From assembly GCA_965202585.1 (NCBI GenBank), contig OZ241832.1, forward strand, positions 23,312,001 to 23,376,000: DNA of 64,000 nucleotides. The letters are read 5' to 3'. The notes under the pieces are model-generated. The model was not told where the DNA came from. It ran no database searches and saw nothing but the letters and a program-made list of their open reading frames with translations. Origin of the DNA: Thalia democratica (Eukaryota). Each line of letters opens with the position of its first letter. Positions within the stretch are counted from its first letter, which is position 1. This document shows positions 13,554-25,560 of the stretch, in pieces. The translations under genes and the position numbers were made by a program.

Positions 13554-13967
13554 TTAATTCAGATCAAAAGTTTCAAGCAGCATCTTCAGCGCGACGTCCC
13601 AGCTTAGCTCCCCATCATGCGCCTTGAACTTGCTGTGAAACAAATTTTGTTTGAAACAACAGCGGGTGCAAACTTTTTTCGCGTACTCCGTCAGCAGCGA
13701 GTCCAGTTCTGCGGTCCGCTTTTCCGTGCCTGGCCATCCCAGCACGTCGCCGTACTCTCCCGAGTAGCCGACCGCGTCAGCGAATCTTCCAAAGTCCGAA
13801 TCGAAGAACGCTAGAGCGTTTTGGCGGGCTTCGTCGAATTCTGATTTCACGTTGGTCCAGGTCGGTAGCTTTTGTGCGGAGGCTTCGGTCAAGCGGTTGA
13901 AGACACGCTTTTCAAACTCTTCACACGCCTCTTTGAGCTTACCAGCGAGATATGCATCCATTTTCAT
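13554..13967 (-). CDS. 137-aa (122 aa if a 45-nt in-frame intron is spliced) alpha-helical protein, weakly GBP/atlastin helical-domain-like
   Basis: GC-rich open frame in AT-rich background; AATAAA on the minus strand at 13426-13431; pattern KEACEEFE..V...KLPT...EF.EA..NALAFF...EY..VL; candidate intron GTTTGC...CACAGCAAG. Confidence 0.6.
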   Translation of the reverse strand: MKMDAYLAGKLKEACEEFEKRVFNRLTEASAQKLPTWTNVKSEFDEARQNALAFFDSDFGRFADAVGYSGEYGDVLGWPGTEKRTAELDSLLTEYAKKVCTRCCFKQNLFHSKFKAHDGELSWDVALKMLLETFDLN

Positions 13968-14956
13968 TAATTTGTTTATTGGAAGCGTTTAACAACAGTA
14001 AAATGCTTGTTAAAAATTATTGGTTAAATATCATTTGAAAGTTGTACCAAAATAAAAACTAATAATTATTGTAAGCATGAGACTAAAAATAAAATGATTT
14101 AATGCTTCAGTAGTCGTTGATTAATTAATAGTTTAATGTTTAAGTTGATATAAAGTTATTATATATTTTAACTCACATTTTAAAGATACCATTTAAACTA
14201 ATATCAAACATTAGTTAACCTAAAAATAGTAATTTAATCACACTAAAAACACACAATAAAAATTAAGTTTGAAAAGTTGCCAGTTTACACAACTAGCTAG
14301 TTTTTATTTAGTTTTTTAATAAGAAGATTACATATAGTTATACGTAAAGATTACGTGCATTTTTTTCAACTTTTGCCCAACCAGTATTTTAAAAACTCAT
14401 AAAAATTTCTTGCCATTATACTTTGGAGTAACTTTTTTTTTCACAAACTTGAAATTTAAAACATATAAATAAAACTGATGCGAATAATTTTTAATCAACA
14501 AGAATAAAAGTTTAAAAACTAAATAATCTTTTAAAAGAGATAAGACTAATGCTAACTAAGAAATAGCATACAATGGTAATTAGACTGTTGTTTTAGAGAC
14601 TAAGGTGATTCGGTACTAATATTATTTTAGAATACAACTACATTCAACTTTAATTTATTGAATATAATGTTGCAATAACAAAAAATTTCCTGATAGTTAA
14701 AGTTTAGAAGGCATCATTTTACTTCACTCTAGCTTTTGTTTTTAGCAGGGCTTTCCAAGTTCGTCAAATTACAAGATGAAATCGCCCATTTAAAAAACTT
14801 CATTTTTAATCGAATGTATACTTAACTATATATTTCAAAAACTTTATATAAATATTTAAAATTATATTATTTTTTATCACTTTAAAAACACACAATCAAA
14901 ATTAAGTATACTGAATTTCGTTGGTGACTTAAAGAAAACAAAATTTGATGTTTTAC

Positions 14957-15002
14957 TATATATATATATATATATTAGTATATAAACACGGGTAATACCC
15001 GT
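14957..15002. repeat. (TA)n microsatellite followed by a short palindrome, possible Helitron/Helentron-type end
   Basis: (TA)9 then ACGGGT-AAT-ACCCGT hairpin at 14988-15002. Confidence 0.35.
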
Positions 15003-16746
15003 TTACTTAGAAAAACTGTTGATCTAGTGACCAGGACTTCATAAATGAACTGCCAACAATACAGTTTGAAGTATAAAGCATTTACCCATAATGATCGAAC
15101 TTAAATTTAACTTATGTTTTAGATGTAACAGCTTCTTACACTTGTCTAGTTAAAATGTTATAAACGTTAGTAGTAACATTAAATTACAATGCTCAGTTCT
15201 ACAGCTAGTTGAAAGTTATTGAAAATATAAGGCTGAAAGCTTAATGAAGTTTAGAATAAAAAACATAAGTAAACTTCAATTATTTCCTTTAAAAAAATAA
15301 AACTTTTCTATGCAGAATACTGAATTAGAGTAAATAATCTTAATAACAAGAATATATGGATAGATAAAAGTACCTTATAAGGATTAAACTAATTAAAAGA
15401 TGTTATCCAAAAAGTAAATATCAACATTTTTTTATATAAAACTTGTCACAGATGTATTGAATTTCATTTTTAAATCAATATTTTTTAAAGTATTTGCAAA
15501 CTAATTTATTTTATGAATGTTAGTAGTGAATCATCTTTTCTAAATGTTCTTTTTATGGTACCCTGTTACAAACCCTACTTTATACCTGCTTGCAAACTTT
15601 TTTTACTAAAGTAATTGTACGTCTTGATTATTGATTAAGCTTAAAATAATAAAAATGTAAATTTTTTAGATAACGTCTATAAAAGTATACAAGTGTTTCT
15701 TATAAGCTCTATACATTTTCAAACTAAATTATATAATTTAAGCGTTTATTTTTCTACAGTAATGCCTATTCATGGCTAAGCAAAAAATAGTTGTTTATTT
15801 TTAGTTTAAAAATAACACTACCCGCTAAGTAGAGCATGCAAATAAAAAAATACTGTTTAAGTTTCTCACTTTTTTAAAGTGTTAAAGTTGTTATAATTCA
15901 AATATTTTGTTGTCCATTTTAAATGATAATGTATTTAGTTTGTAAAAATCTTAACACCAGCAAAAACATTTATAGCAAAATCATTAAACAAAAGCAATTT
16001 TACTTATTTAACTAAAATTTAACCATTTTATAGGAAACTTTAAATTGTTATTTCCTAATATCCTACGATTTGATATTCAGTTTTTTAAAACGTTTCATAC
16101 TTATATGATATATAATATCTTTTTTATATCTTACACAAACTATTATTTAAACACTACAGGATTAAGCCTAATTTCTTTTAACTTTAATATAGCTATACAA
16201 TGATGCTTTATAGATCAAACAATAGTTTTATAATGATTCATATCAGGTGTTGGCTGTGCTTTATAATTGGTAGGTCAATTTTTATAGAAAAATTCTCGCG
16301 GGCTGCTGTACATAGAAAAAATTCTTTTTTGGGCAAAAGTAGTTTAAAACAATTGTATTATTCAATATAAAATTAGAATTTAAAAACATAAATGTGTTAA
16401 AACAAGAAATAATGATGCTAGTAATTATTGATTATTGGAAATTTAGCTTAATTGTCAGTTTTTACTTTATTTTTAATATTTAAAAAGTATGTTTTTAGTT
16501 TTACAGTAACATGCTGACACAGTCTGATGATTCTTGATTTATATTACAAAAAAAAAATTGTTTTTGAAATTTCATTAAATTTTTGTAGTAATAGTTTTGA
16601 CATGACGTATAAAGAAATAAATTTAATGATGATTAGAAACAAATATTCAAAAAATTGTTTTGTTATTTTTGACTTTACACAATACAGTGAACGAATAATT
16701 ATAACTGTACAGAGTATACACAAAACAAATACAATTTGTGCAAATT

Positions 16747-16910
16747 TGTAGTACTGACAAATGAAAGTAAAAACAAAATTGTAATACTGAAAAAATTGGT
16801 ACAATTCAAACAAAATTAAAGTATTGACAATTAAAGTACTGAACAAAGATGTAATACTGAAACAAAATACTAAAAAGTTGTAGTATGCAATGACAAAGAA
16901 AGTACTGAAA
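16747..16910 (-). repeat. Degenerate tandem echoes of the lectin gene's last codons (FICQYY) downstream of its stop
   Basis: About 7 copies of TGTA(G/A)TACTGA / AAAGTACTGA; the first (TGTAGTACTGACAAATGAA) nearly matches exon-4 sequence TAGTACTGACAGATGAA at ~17095. Confidence 0.6.
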
Positions 16911-17080
16911 AAAAGTTGCAATTTAAAAAGTATACTAATTACAAAAAGCTCAAAATAAAAATTATGAATTTTTTATGTTTAACAACTTTAACGTTTTAGT
17001 GGTAATAAATAGCACATTTCCAATAAATATGGCTATAAATGTACACAAAAAACAAGTACTTATACACAAGTTCGTAGAAC

Positions 17081-20000
17081 TCATACAAAACTATAGTACT
17101 GACAGATGAAGTAAGCTGACTTCTTGTAATCGTACACTGTTCCGTACTGCGAGCAGTTCTTTTTGCAGCTCATCTGCATCGACAGGTAGCTCTTAGGGTA
17201 TCCCTTGTACCAATCATAAATGAAGTTTGTGGACATTGGCAGGTTGTCCGCCCTGGTCCACGCGGATTGCGGGTTGTCACGTGAGAACCCGATCCACACG
17301 TAAGAGTTGGATATTCTCACAAGTTCGCACAATATCCTGTTATAATGAGATTTGTAGTGGTGTTTGTTTGTTTGTTTAGTAGATTAAAAAGTTTCAAACT
17401 GTTACATCTGCAAATGTACTGCAATTAATTTTTATAGTTTAAAAACAGTATTTAACTACGCTAGTATTTAACAGTATTTAAGAACAGAAAATAACAAACT
17501 GTTTTTAAAATTTTTTACTGCTTTCTTAAAAAAAGTAGTCAATCAATTGAAAAAGTTCTTAAAACAAGTTGATTTTATTAAGCTATTATTTGTAACATTA
17601 CGTTTCAAATAACTTAAACCCACAACTCAAACAGAAATTTAGATAAGTTTACAAATTAACTTTACAAACGTTTTTTATAGCTTAATACAGGTTATATAAG
17701 AACTTGGCTAAAACAAAGTTATCTGAAATATTTATTTAAGATGATACAACATCTACATTATTATCATATTTACATTCCTAACAAAAGAAAACTAAAAATA
17801 AGATCAAACAAGGCAAAACAAAACCTAAGTTAAATTGTACAAAAGATTTTTTTAAGATTAACTAACTAAAATTAATTACATTTGTTTCATACGTCATAAC
17901 GTATTTTTTGTGACTGTTTAAGATTATTTTTGCTGTTTGCTTTATTATTGTTTTGATGAAACACATAACCCGTAAAAACTATTGTAAACAATACGAGCAT
18001 CAGTTGTTTTTATTTTGTAATATTAATTTATTACTTTTACATTTTTCATTTTAAAAGTTTTTATGGTTTTTAAAACCCGTTTTGTGGTGAAACCGATTGA
18101 CTAACAAAACATTTGTATATAGCTTTATAGTTTTAAATTGTTAATATATTTGTCTTTATTTACTTACTTTCTATCAATTCTAGTACTTATTCCGTCCATG
18201 ACCAGGTTACCATTGTACGTGGACACACAATAAGCCTGGGCCGCGTTCCAGTTCGTCCATTTCTTAACAAAAACGTAACTCAACTGCTCTGAAAATGATA
18301 GTTTGTTCGTTTTATTATGCAGAAATAAACAAAAATCTGAAAGTACGCATTGCAAAACATTTTTTGCAATGTATATGAAAAATAAAAATCTCTTTTTTTT
18401 GTCCAATGATTTTTAAACGCATGTATTTTTAACTTACTGTGAAGTAAAAAAAAAAAAGAAAATGTTTGTTTTCAAATTGTTTTTCATTAAAAGCCTCTAA
18501 ATAAAAATTTAATCATACTAATTCAATTACTAGCCCGCAAGCTTTCAATAGAATGATTTCGTTCTTGTTGAAACTCGTCAGTCGGCTGCAAGTTTCAATG
18601 ACAACGAAACTCAAGTCTCAGTCTACCGAAGCTTGTTGTTTGATGATCAACTTGCATGATCAAACCTTTACGTAAACTTAAGCTTGTCTCACGGCATATG
18701 AAATTTTAGAGTTAGGCTATTTAGACTTATGAATGTTTTCTTTGAAAAACATTTAGTTAAGAAATTTTGATTTTTTAAAAGACTTATTTTAATCAGTCAA
18801 CATTTTAACAGATCAGTTTAGTACTAAAACAAATACTTATAAAAATGTTGAAAAGTATGGTAGGTTGTAATTTAAAGTTTTAGTAGTAAAACAATTTGTT
18901 TGATGTATCAGATATAACAGCAAATGAAACAATTTAAAGTAAGAAATAAAGTGTTAACTTTTGAAGACTATCATTTTTTCTCGTAAAACTAAATTACAAT
19001 CAAATCTTATAAATATATAAGTGTAAGTTTTCGTTTTATAAAACCAAAAAGTATTTCTTAAATCTTAGTTTTAAATTTAGCAACATTTAAGTTATACCAA
19101 TAAATAGAAATCAAACTTAAGAAAAACTAAACTTAACTTGTTTTGTTACTAAATCAATAAAAAAGTATTTTGTTAGTTATTTATTTATTTTATATTCTAT
19201 TATATATTATTTTTTGTTAAAAAGTTCAATTAAAAAGCACGTATAGAAAACTAACGGCTTCTACACACAAAAGGACTTGCAATCAAACTGGGTGTCAATT
19301 GTCCAAGCAAACATTGCCTTACAGCGACACCTTGAGGTTGAAGTAAACCGTCATAAGTAAACATCACAAACTCATTATTACGTAATGATAAACTGGTGTT
19401 ACTACTCACATTTTCGATCACTGGTATTCTACAACCTTAAATAAGGAAGTTTATAAAACTTCTGAATAATAAGTAGTTAAAAAGAAAAGTACAATTGAAA
19501 ACCTTTAGTTTTGTTGTTAAAATAGTTATAACAAGTTTAGTTTAATGGAAGTTTTATTTTAATATACTTAAATATGTTTGAAATTAGACGACCAAGTTAG
19601 TTGATATAAATTAATAAAACTTGTGTATTGAAAAAAAAAGATAATCATTTGATAAAATACTAAAAACTAAAAATTTGACTAAAAAAAATAGTTTTTTGTG
19701 CTCTTTATGTTAAGACTTTACAATTTTTTTTTTTTTAAATTGCTTTACCGCAAATAAACTTTAATTTAGATTTAAAAACGTTTTCTAGTTTTTACAGACA
19801 TTACAGTTTATGAGGCAAATCTGTTAACTAGACCCTAAAACTTTTTTAATATAAAAATATTTAATTTAGAGAAGTCAACTTTAATCTTGAATTACCATAA
19901 CAGCTTTTGTCTCTACTTCATTTATGACGATATACTTTAGCATTTATAACTTCCAAATTAATGAGAACTTTTGAAAACTTGTTGAAATTGTTCCTACCTG

Positions 20001-20175
20001 TTAGAAGCGCAATGATTCTTTCAAGTTGTTCGATTCTGGCTACCAATTGAGTGGTTGTGACTGTTGATGTACCAGGTATGATGTTACTGCTTATAACTAC
20101 ATCCTGACCATTTATTCGTAACGGACGTGTTAGAACGAACACTACTAGGATGAACATAACTGAACACTTTGCCAT
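17081..20175 (-). CDS. Secreted protein: signal peptide + coiled coil + CCP/sushi + C-type lectin-like domain (244 aa)
   Basis: Exons 20175-19998, 19435-19256, 18288-18168, 17336-17081; all GT-AG, phases 1/1/2, 735 nt with no internal stop; CTLD motifs WNAAQAYC, VWIG, FICQ; CCP GCRIP...RQCLLGQLTPSLIASPFVC. Confidence 0.9.
18533..18665. other. Cluster of short inverted repeats inside intron 2 of the lectin gene
   Basis: TTTCAATAGAATGATTTCGTTCTTGTTGAAA and GTTTGAT...ATCAAAC stems; GCAAG(C)TTTCAAT...GAAACTC occurs twice. Confidence 0.4.
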
Positions 20176-21110
20176 AATGACTTTCTACTTGGTAGATTTT
20201 AAACAAGGCTATTGAAAAAATTACTTGATTAGTTTTAAATCTCTGTCTGTATTTTAAATTTTGGGCCAATGCTATAACACTTTAAAACACAGTAAATCCA
20301 AAAAACAAGCAATGAACAATGTTTTAAAATATCCCGAAAAATAAAGCTTTTGAAAGAACTTTCTTTAATAGAAAAGTATTTATAACAATAAGGCTAAACT
20401 AACAACATTAAAAAAGTATTTTTTAAAAGAAAGTAAAACAATTGCTTTAGATTAATTAAAATTGAAATAGTTTACAAAAAATAAATTAAACCACAAAATC
20501 TTTACGTTTATATAGTATGTTTTTAAATTTTATTTGATAAATTAGCTAACTCATCTTTTTGAAATATAACTTTTAGGTACTTTATACAAGAAGACACAAT
20601 ACTTTTTATTACAATCTTTAGTAAAAAGTAACTAATGGAAAACTTATCGAATTTAATGAACCTATAAAAGTACGTTTTTACTTTAGAAACGCTTTTAATT
20701 GAATTTAATTAAATGCATGGAAAGCAACAGAGAAAAAAAGTTTGTATGTATAAGTTTTGCAATTCACGATAAAATTTATTGAGTTGTATATTTTGATTAC
20801 AATGTAAAAACTACTGATAATGTTTATTGTACTGTTTTACTCTAAGTTTCGACAAAAGCAACCATTTGTTTTTAATGTAAATGAGTATTTTTTTAAAACT
20901 AGTTGTACTGAAAGATACATAGCCATTAATCTTAAAAAAGACAAGAAAAATATCTAATGGTCAATTCAAAAATGAAAACAAATAGTTACAATTTAGAAGT
21001 TAACAGTACAACAAAGATTAAATACAAAAATACTACTTTGATATTATATTTGTGATAATTGTCAGAAACTATAAGAACTTAAATTTTTTCAAGTTTTAGT
21101 AATAAATCAG

Positions 21111-21199
21111 TCAACATAAAGCATAGTTGTAATACTGACAGATTAAGTATTCAACTTTACCGTTATTATAAACAGTGCCGTTTTAAATTTACAAGTTAA
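21111..21199 (-). pseudogene. Partial, frameshifted extra copy of a C-type lectin C-terminus
   Basis: Reads LTCKFK-(shift)-GTVYNNGKVEYLICQYYNYALC*, parallel to GTVYDYKKSAYFICQYY of the intact gene. Confidence 0.7.
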
Positions 21200-21281
21200 C
21201 AGTACAGCAAAGACTAAACCACACACCATACTATAGAATACATACATACTATCTTATAATAAGTTAACATTATTCATAGTC

Positions 21282-23860
21282 CTAATATTGGCAGATAAAA
21301 TATTTAGCTTTCTCGTAATTATAAAGAGTTCCGTAAGAGTCCCACTTCTTGCAACTCAACTGCAGGTACTTGTAGTTTTTAGGGTAATTTTCATACCAGT
21401 CAAGCTGAAAATTTGTTATGTCCCCATTATCAATGCTCCTCCAGGTAAACGATGGGTTTTCTCTTGATATTCCAATGTGCACGTACGATTTTGATATTCC
21501 TACTTGTTTGCATATTTTTCTAGTAAAAACGTATTTGGATTGTAAAAAAATAGATAAAGCTTACTTTTTTTAATGTTTTTACTTGTTTTGTTCCCGAAAA
21601 AACATATAATAGAAATTATATATAAAACTATGGATAAAATAAACTTATGAAATTATAAATCAGAATAATTTTTTGTACTATAATGCTTATTTTCTGAAAT
21701 TTGAAATAAAAACAACGTTTGTAAGTTTTATAAGTCCTTCCATTTGAAAAAGCGATTAAACTTCTACAGATTAAGACAAAAGTATTAACTTTATTGTAGT
21801 CAATATCTTTTTTATAGCAACTAGAAAAAGGTAAACTTAAGATAAAGAAAATTCTTTTTTAAGTGTACTTTTTAACTTGTCTTCATTGATAATTGTTTAA
21901 AATTAAGCTTTATGTGTTATAAACGTATGTTTGGCACATTTGTTTGTATTTTTTAGTTAAGATACGAAAGTATCAGATTTAAAAGTAAGTCTGTTAAGTC
22001 CTGGACAATAACTGTATCCAAGTGATATACGACTCGATAACCGAAACGATATTCGTACACCAGAACCTGAGACTAAGTTTTTTAAGCGCTTTTTTGTAAT
22101 TTAAAAATAAAAAAATATATTTTAAGCTTTAAAACTTTTAAAGCTATTGAATATTTTTAAAGCAAAATAATGATATTAACATATTCAAAAAAAATTTTGT
22201 TAAATCCGTCATAAATTTTTCTTTTTAGTTTTTAGAAAGCTCGTCTGGTTTAAAACATACAACTTTAATGAAAAGGTATTATCTTAAAAAAACTTTAATC
22301 TTGTTAATAAAAAAGTAGAAATTATAACATACCATTTTACAGGCAAAAAAATTAACATTTTCTTTTTTGATAAAATAAAGATATATCAATTTAATGTCAC
22401 ATACTTTCTGCCTTCTTTCGTGTCTATTCCGTCCATGAGTAAATTTCCATTGTATTCAGAAACACAGTAGGGCTGAGCGTCATTCCAATTCGACTACTTT
22501 TTAACAAACACATAATTCAGTTGTTCTGAGAAAAAATATTGTATAATAACACTTCAATAAGAAAGTTTATACAAGTAGAAAAATAAAAAATTTACTTGAC
22601 TATAAAATACTAATCGGTTTCAAATAAAAATGGTAATAAGCTCAATTAACTATGCAGTAATACGTAATAAATACAGTAGCAAAAAGAATATAATATGTAC
22701 TAACAATTACAATAAGTCTTACATATAATTTAAAGGACTATAAAATTAATATTCTTCGAATCAAGTTATTAATGTTTACAAGTTTTGTATTGCTAGAAAA
22801 AATTGATTCGTTAAATTTAGTTTTTGTAAAAACTATTTGTAATATATTGAAAACACAACAAAATCAAGAAGAAAATTACGTAAAATGTTTTAACAGTTAT
22901 AAGTTTAAATTTTAGCTTTGACCTTAAACTTATATATCATTTTGTTTTTCCGATTATAATTGTTAACACTTTTTGAAGTTTTTTACGAATTTAACAAATA
23001 CTTATTTGTATAATATCGCTATACTCTTTTTTTAAACAAGGTAAAATATATATTTTTAATTAACATGAAAACAAGTAAGATTAAATTAAAAATAAAAAGT
23101 GCTAAGTTATTCTCTTTTTAATAATTATTTCACAACAAAAAGTCATAAAATTACTATTTCTGAATTGCTTCTTACTTTATCTAAAAAAAGTTATACAAAT
23201 CAATTACAAATTTACAAAACAACATCAATTAACAAACTAAGAATCTGCATAGAAAAGGACTTAAGCCCAAACTGGGTGTTAATTGTCCAAGTTAACATTG
23301 TCTTACAGCGACGCCTTGTGATTCAAACAATCCATCACAAGTAAACATCACGAACTTATTATTACAGTAAGCTCGTATTTAAACTCACATTTTCGATTAC
23401 TGGTATTCTACAACCTTGATTTTTTTAATGAATAATCGTGAATGAATAATAATTAAATTTGTATAAAGATGAAATTTTACAGTAGACTTAATCAAAAGTT
23501 GATTTATCACAATACACGAATTTAACAAAACTAAAAAAAGACCTGAGTTAAATTATAACTAAAGTAATTTAATATTTCCGTATGGTATAGGTCAAAAACT
23601 TAATTGAATTATAAAGTTTTATTTGTTTTCTAACTGATCACAAAATACTTTACTCTAGAATGTTTAAAAGCTCGAATAAATCTACAATATAAAATTTAAA
23701 AATACCGTTTGTTATTTAACTTACTTGTAAGAAGCCCAACAATTCTTTCCATCTCTTCGACCCTAGCAACTAAGCTGTTACTAACAAACATAACTCGGTT
23801 CGGTACTATGCTTATTTGGAAGCAAATAGTAAAAACAAACAGTATAGAATGTTTTGTCAT
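21282..23860 (-). pseudogene. Tandem paralogue of the coiled-coil-CCP-CTLD gene, inactivated
   Basis: Exons 23860-23725, 23414-~23237, 22525-22405, 21519-21282; ~5-nt deletion and TAA in the CCP exon with its donor degraded, TGG>TAG at 22496-22494 in exon 3; exon 4 intact. Confidence 0.88.
21960..22095 (+). mobile_element. tRNA-derived SINE copy
   Basis: B-box-like GTTAAGTCCTGG then family core ACTCGATAACCGAAA ... TTTTAAGCGCTTTTTT, shared with 39969-40110 and 51369-51441. Confidence 0.55.
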
Positions 23861-24799
23861 TTAAGTTCTTCCGGTTAATGAATATAGAAATGTTGACAAA
23901 ATGGTCTAGCTGTAATTGTTAAACTAAAACTTTATTACACTAAAAAATTTAAACATTTTTTTTTAATTTAATAAAAATTTAATAACAAACTTTATAATGA
24001 GTAACTAGAAAAAAAACAATTAATTTTTAAGTTTTATTATTTGTTTAATTGAAACAAAGCTGCAATAAACAAAATAAAACATTAAGTTTACGATAGATTA
24101 AAAGTTAAAAATACATATAATATTTATTTGTTTAGTTAAATTCTAAATTTAAAAGCTCTAATTTGTATATTTAACCTTTGTTTTATAGTTTTTACACAGT
24201 AATTTAATAAAAATCAAAAAAAAAAACTATAAAATATATTTTAGTTACTAAAGTAATGTTAAACAATTGAAAAAATTAAACTACACTTTAGTCAATACTT
24301 TTTGAGACATTAGCTACAAATTAATGAACTAAGAGCTTAATTTTTGCAGACCTACTAGACTGCCAAGGGCTATATCAAAGTGCTGTTGTGCTGATTGGTT
24401 TGTAAACCTAAGTTATTTAAGTTATTAAACATATTGCAGTTTAAACTTTAATCACTAGATTTAAACTATAAACTGTCAACGGGTTTTTCATGTCTTTTCA
24501 AAATAAAAATACCAAATGAGCTCACTGGAAAAACTTTATTCAGGAAAACCTTTCGTATGTTTAAAGTTATTTTCTAATTATACATAGTTATTCATATGAG
24601 TAACTTTATGTATTAGAATTTTTTTAAATTAACATAACTAACTTTATTCCAGAATTTGATAGTTTTAAGCTATGTCAACATTTATATAGCAAAACGGTTT
24701 GTGGCTACTAAAATTCTGTTTTCTTAGTAAATAAATATAAATTTCTGAAACGCAAAACTTATAGCACTTAATGTTTAAGCTACTTTCAAATCAGCTACC

Positions 24800-25560
24800 A
24801 GTTACCGTTTGAATATACCATCTACATTTAAACGTTAGTCCGTGTTGATTAAACGCAAACCCAAATTAAAGCTTATAAAAATTTGCAAGCCAGCGTACTA
24901 AGTGACACAGCTACCTTAAACATCATGAGTGTATGTTATGCGGTATAAAAATATTATGTAAAATATTTTCTAATGTTGATTAACGAGAGGATTGTTTGCG
25001 TTTTATGTAAACTCGAATACAACATCTTCATATATTGTTTTGCACATAAGTTTATTATGAGTTTTTTGATTTCCATGTTAGTTTTTGATAAACGTTAGTT
25101 TAAATTATTTTAGAAGTACTACTAGTTTATTACATTTTTGTACATAGTTAAGTTAAACTAGCAATGTTCTATTCAAAGGTTTTATATACCCAACATATTT
25201 TTTTCACTTCTGTTAAACTTTTTTTTTGTATACATATTTGTACTTACACTTGTTTATAGATTTATAGTTTATTATCTTTAACAATTATATTAACTATACA
25301 CTTTGTAACACTTCAACAGTGTTTTTCTTTCTTTCTTTTCTCTCAAAGTATTCAAACCACTTAAATTTAGTAACGTGCTTGTTTTGGTGAGTTAGTTTTT
25401 AGTGTCTTAGTGATAAAGCCTTATTGCTTGCAAGTGTTGTGTTCGCATCGTATTCTTTGACGATGGAGACTGTTCTTATAGAAACTTTTGAATTAAAGTA
25501 GTTTATTTGTATAGTTTGCTATATTTTGTTTAGTCGCTTTTCTATTCATTGTAATACAGC
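24800..25560 (-). mobile_element. Highly degenerate hAT-like (ZnF_TTF / ZNF862-type) transposase remnant
   Basis: Broken frames give MNRKATKQNIANY, KFKWFEYFERKERKTLLKCYK (TTF-finger-like) and FYTA..GLQ..NLG...N...LVADLKVA; many stops. Confidence 0.3.

Noticed and set aside
13617-13814. Antisense and overlapping ORFs (13617-13814, 9834-10019, 20084-20269, 23099-23344, 42139-42324, 42422-42634, 45204-45410)
   Set aside because: Shadow frames opposite or overlapping better-supported exons
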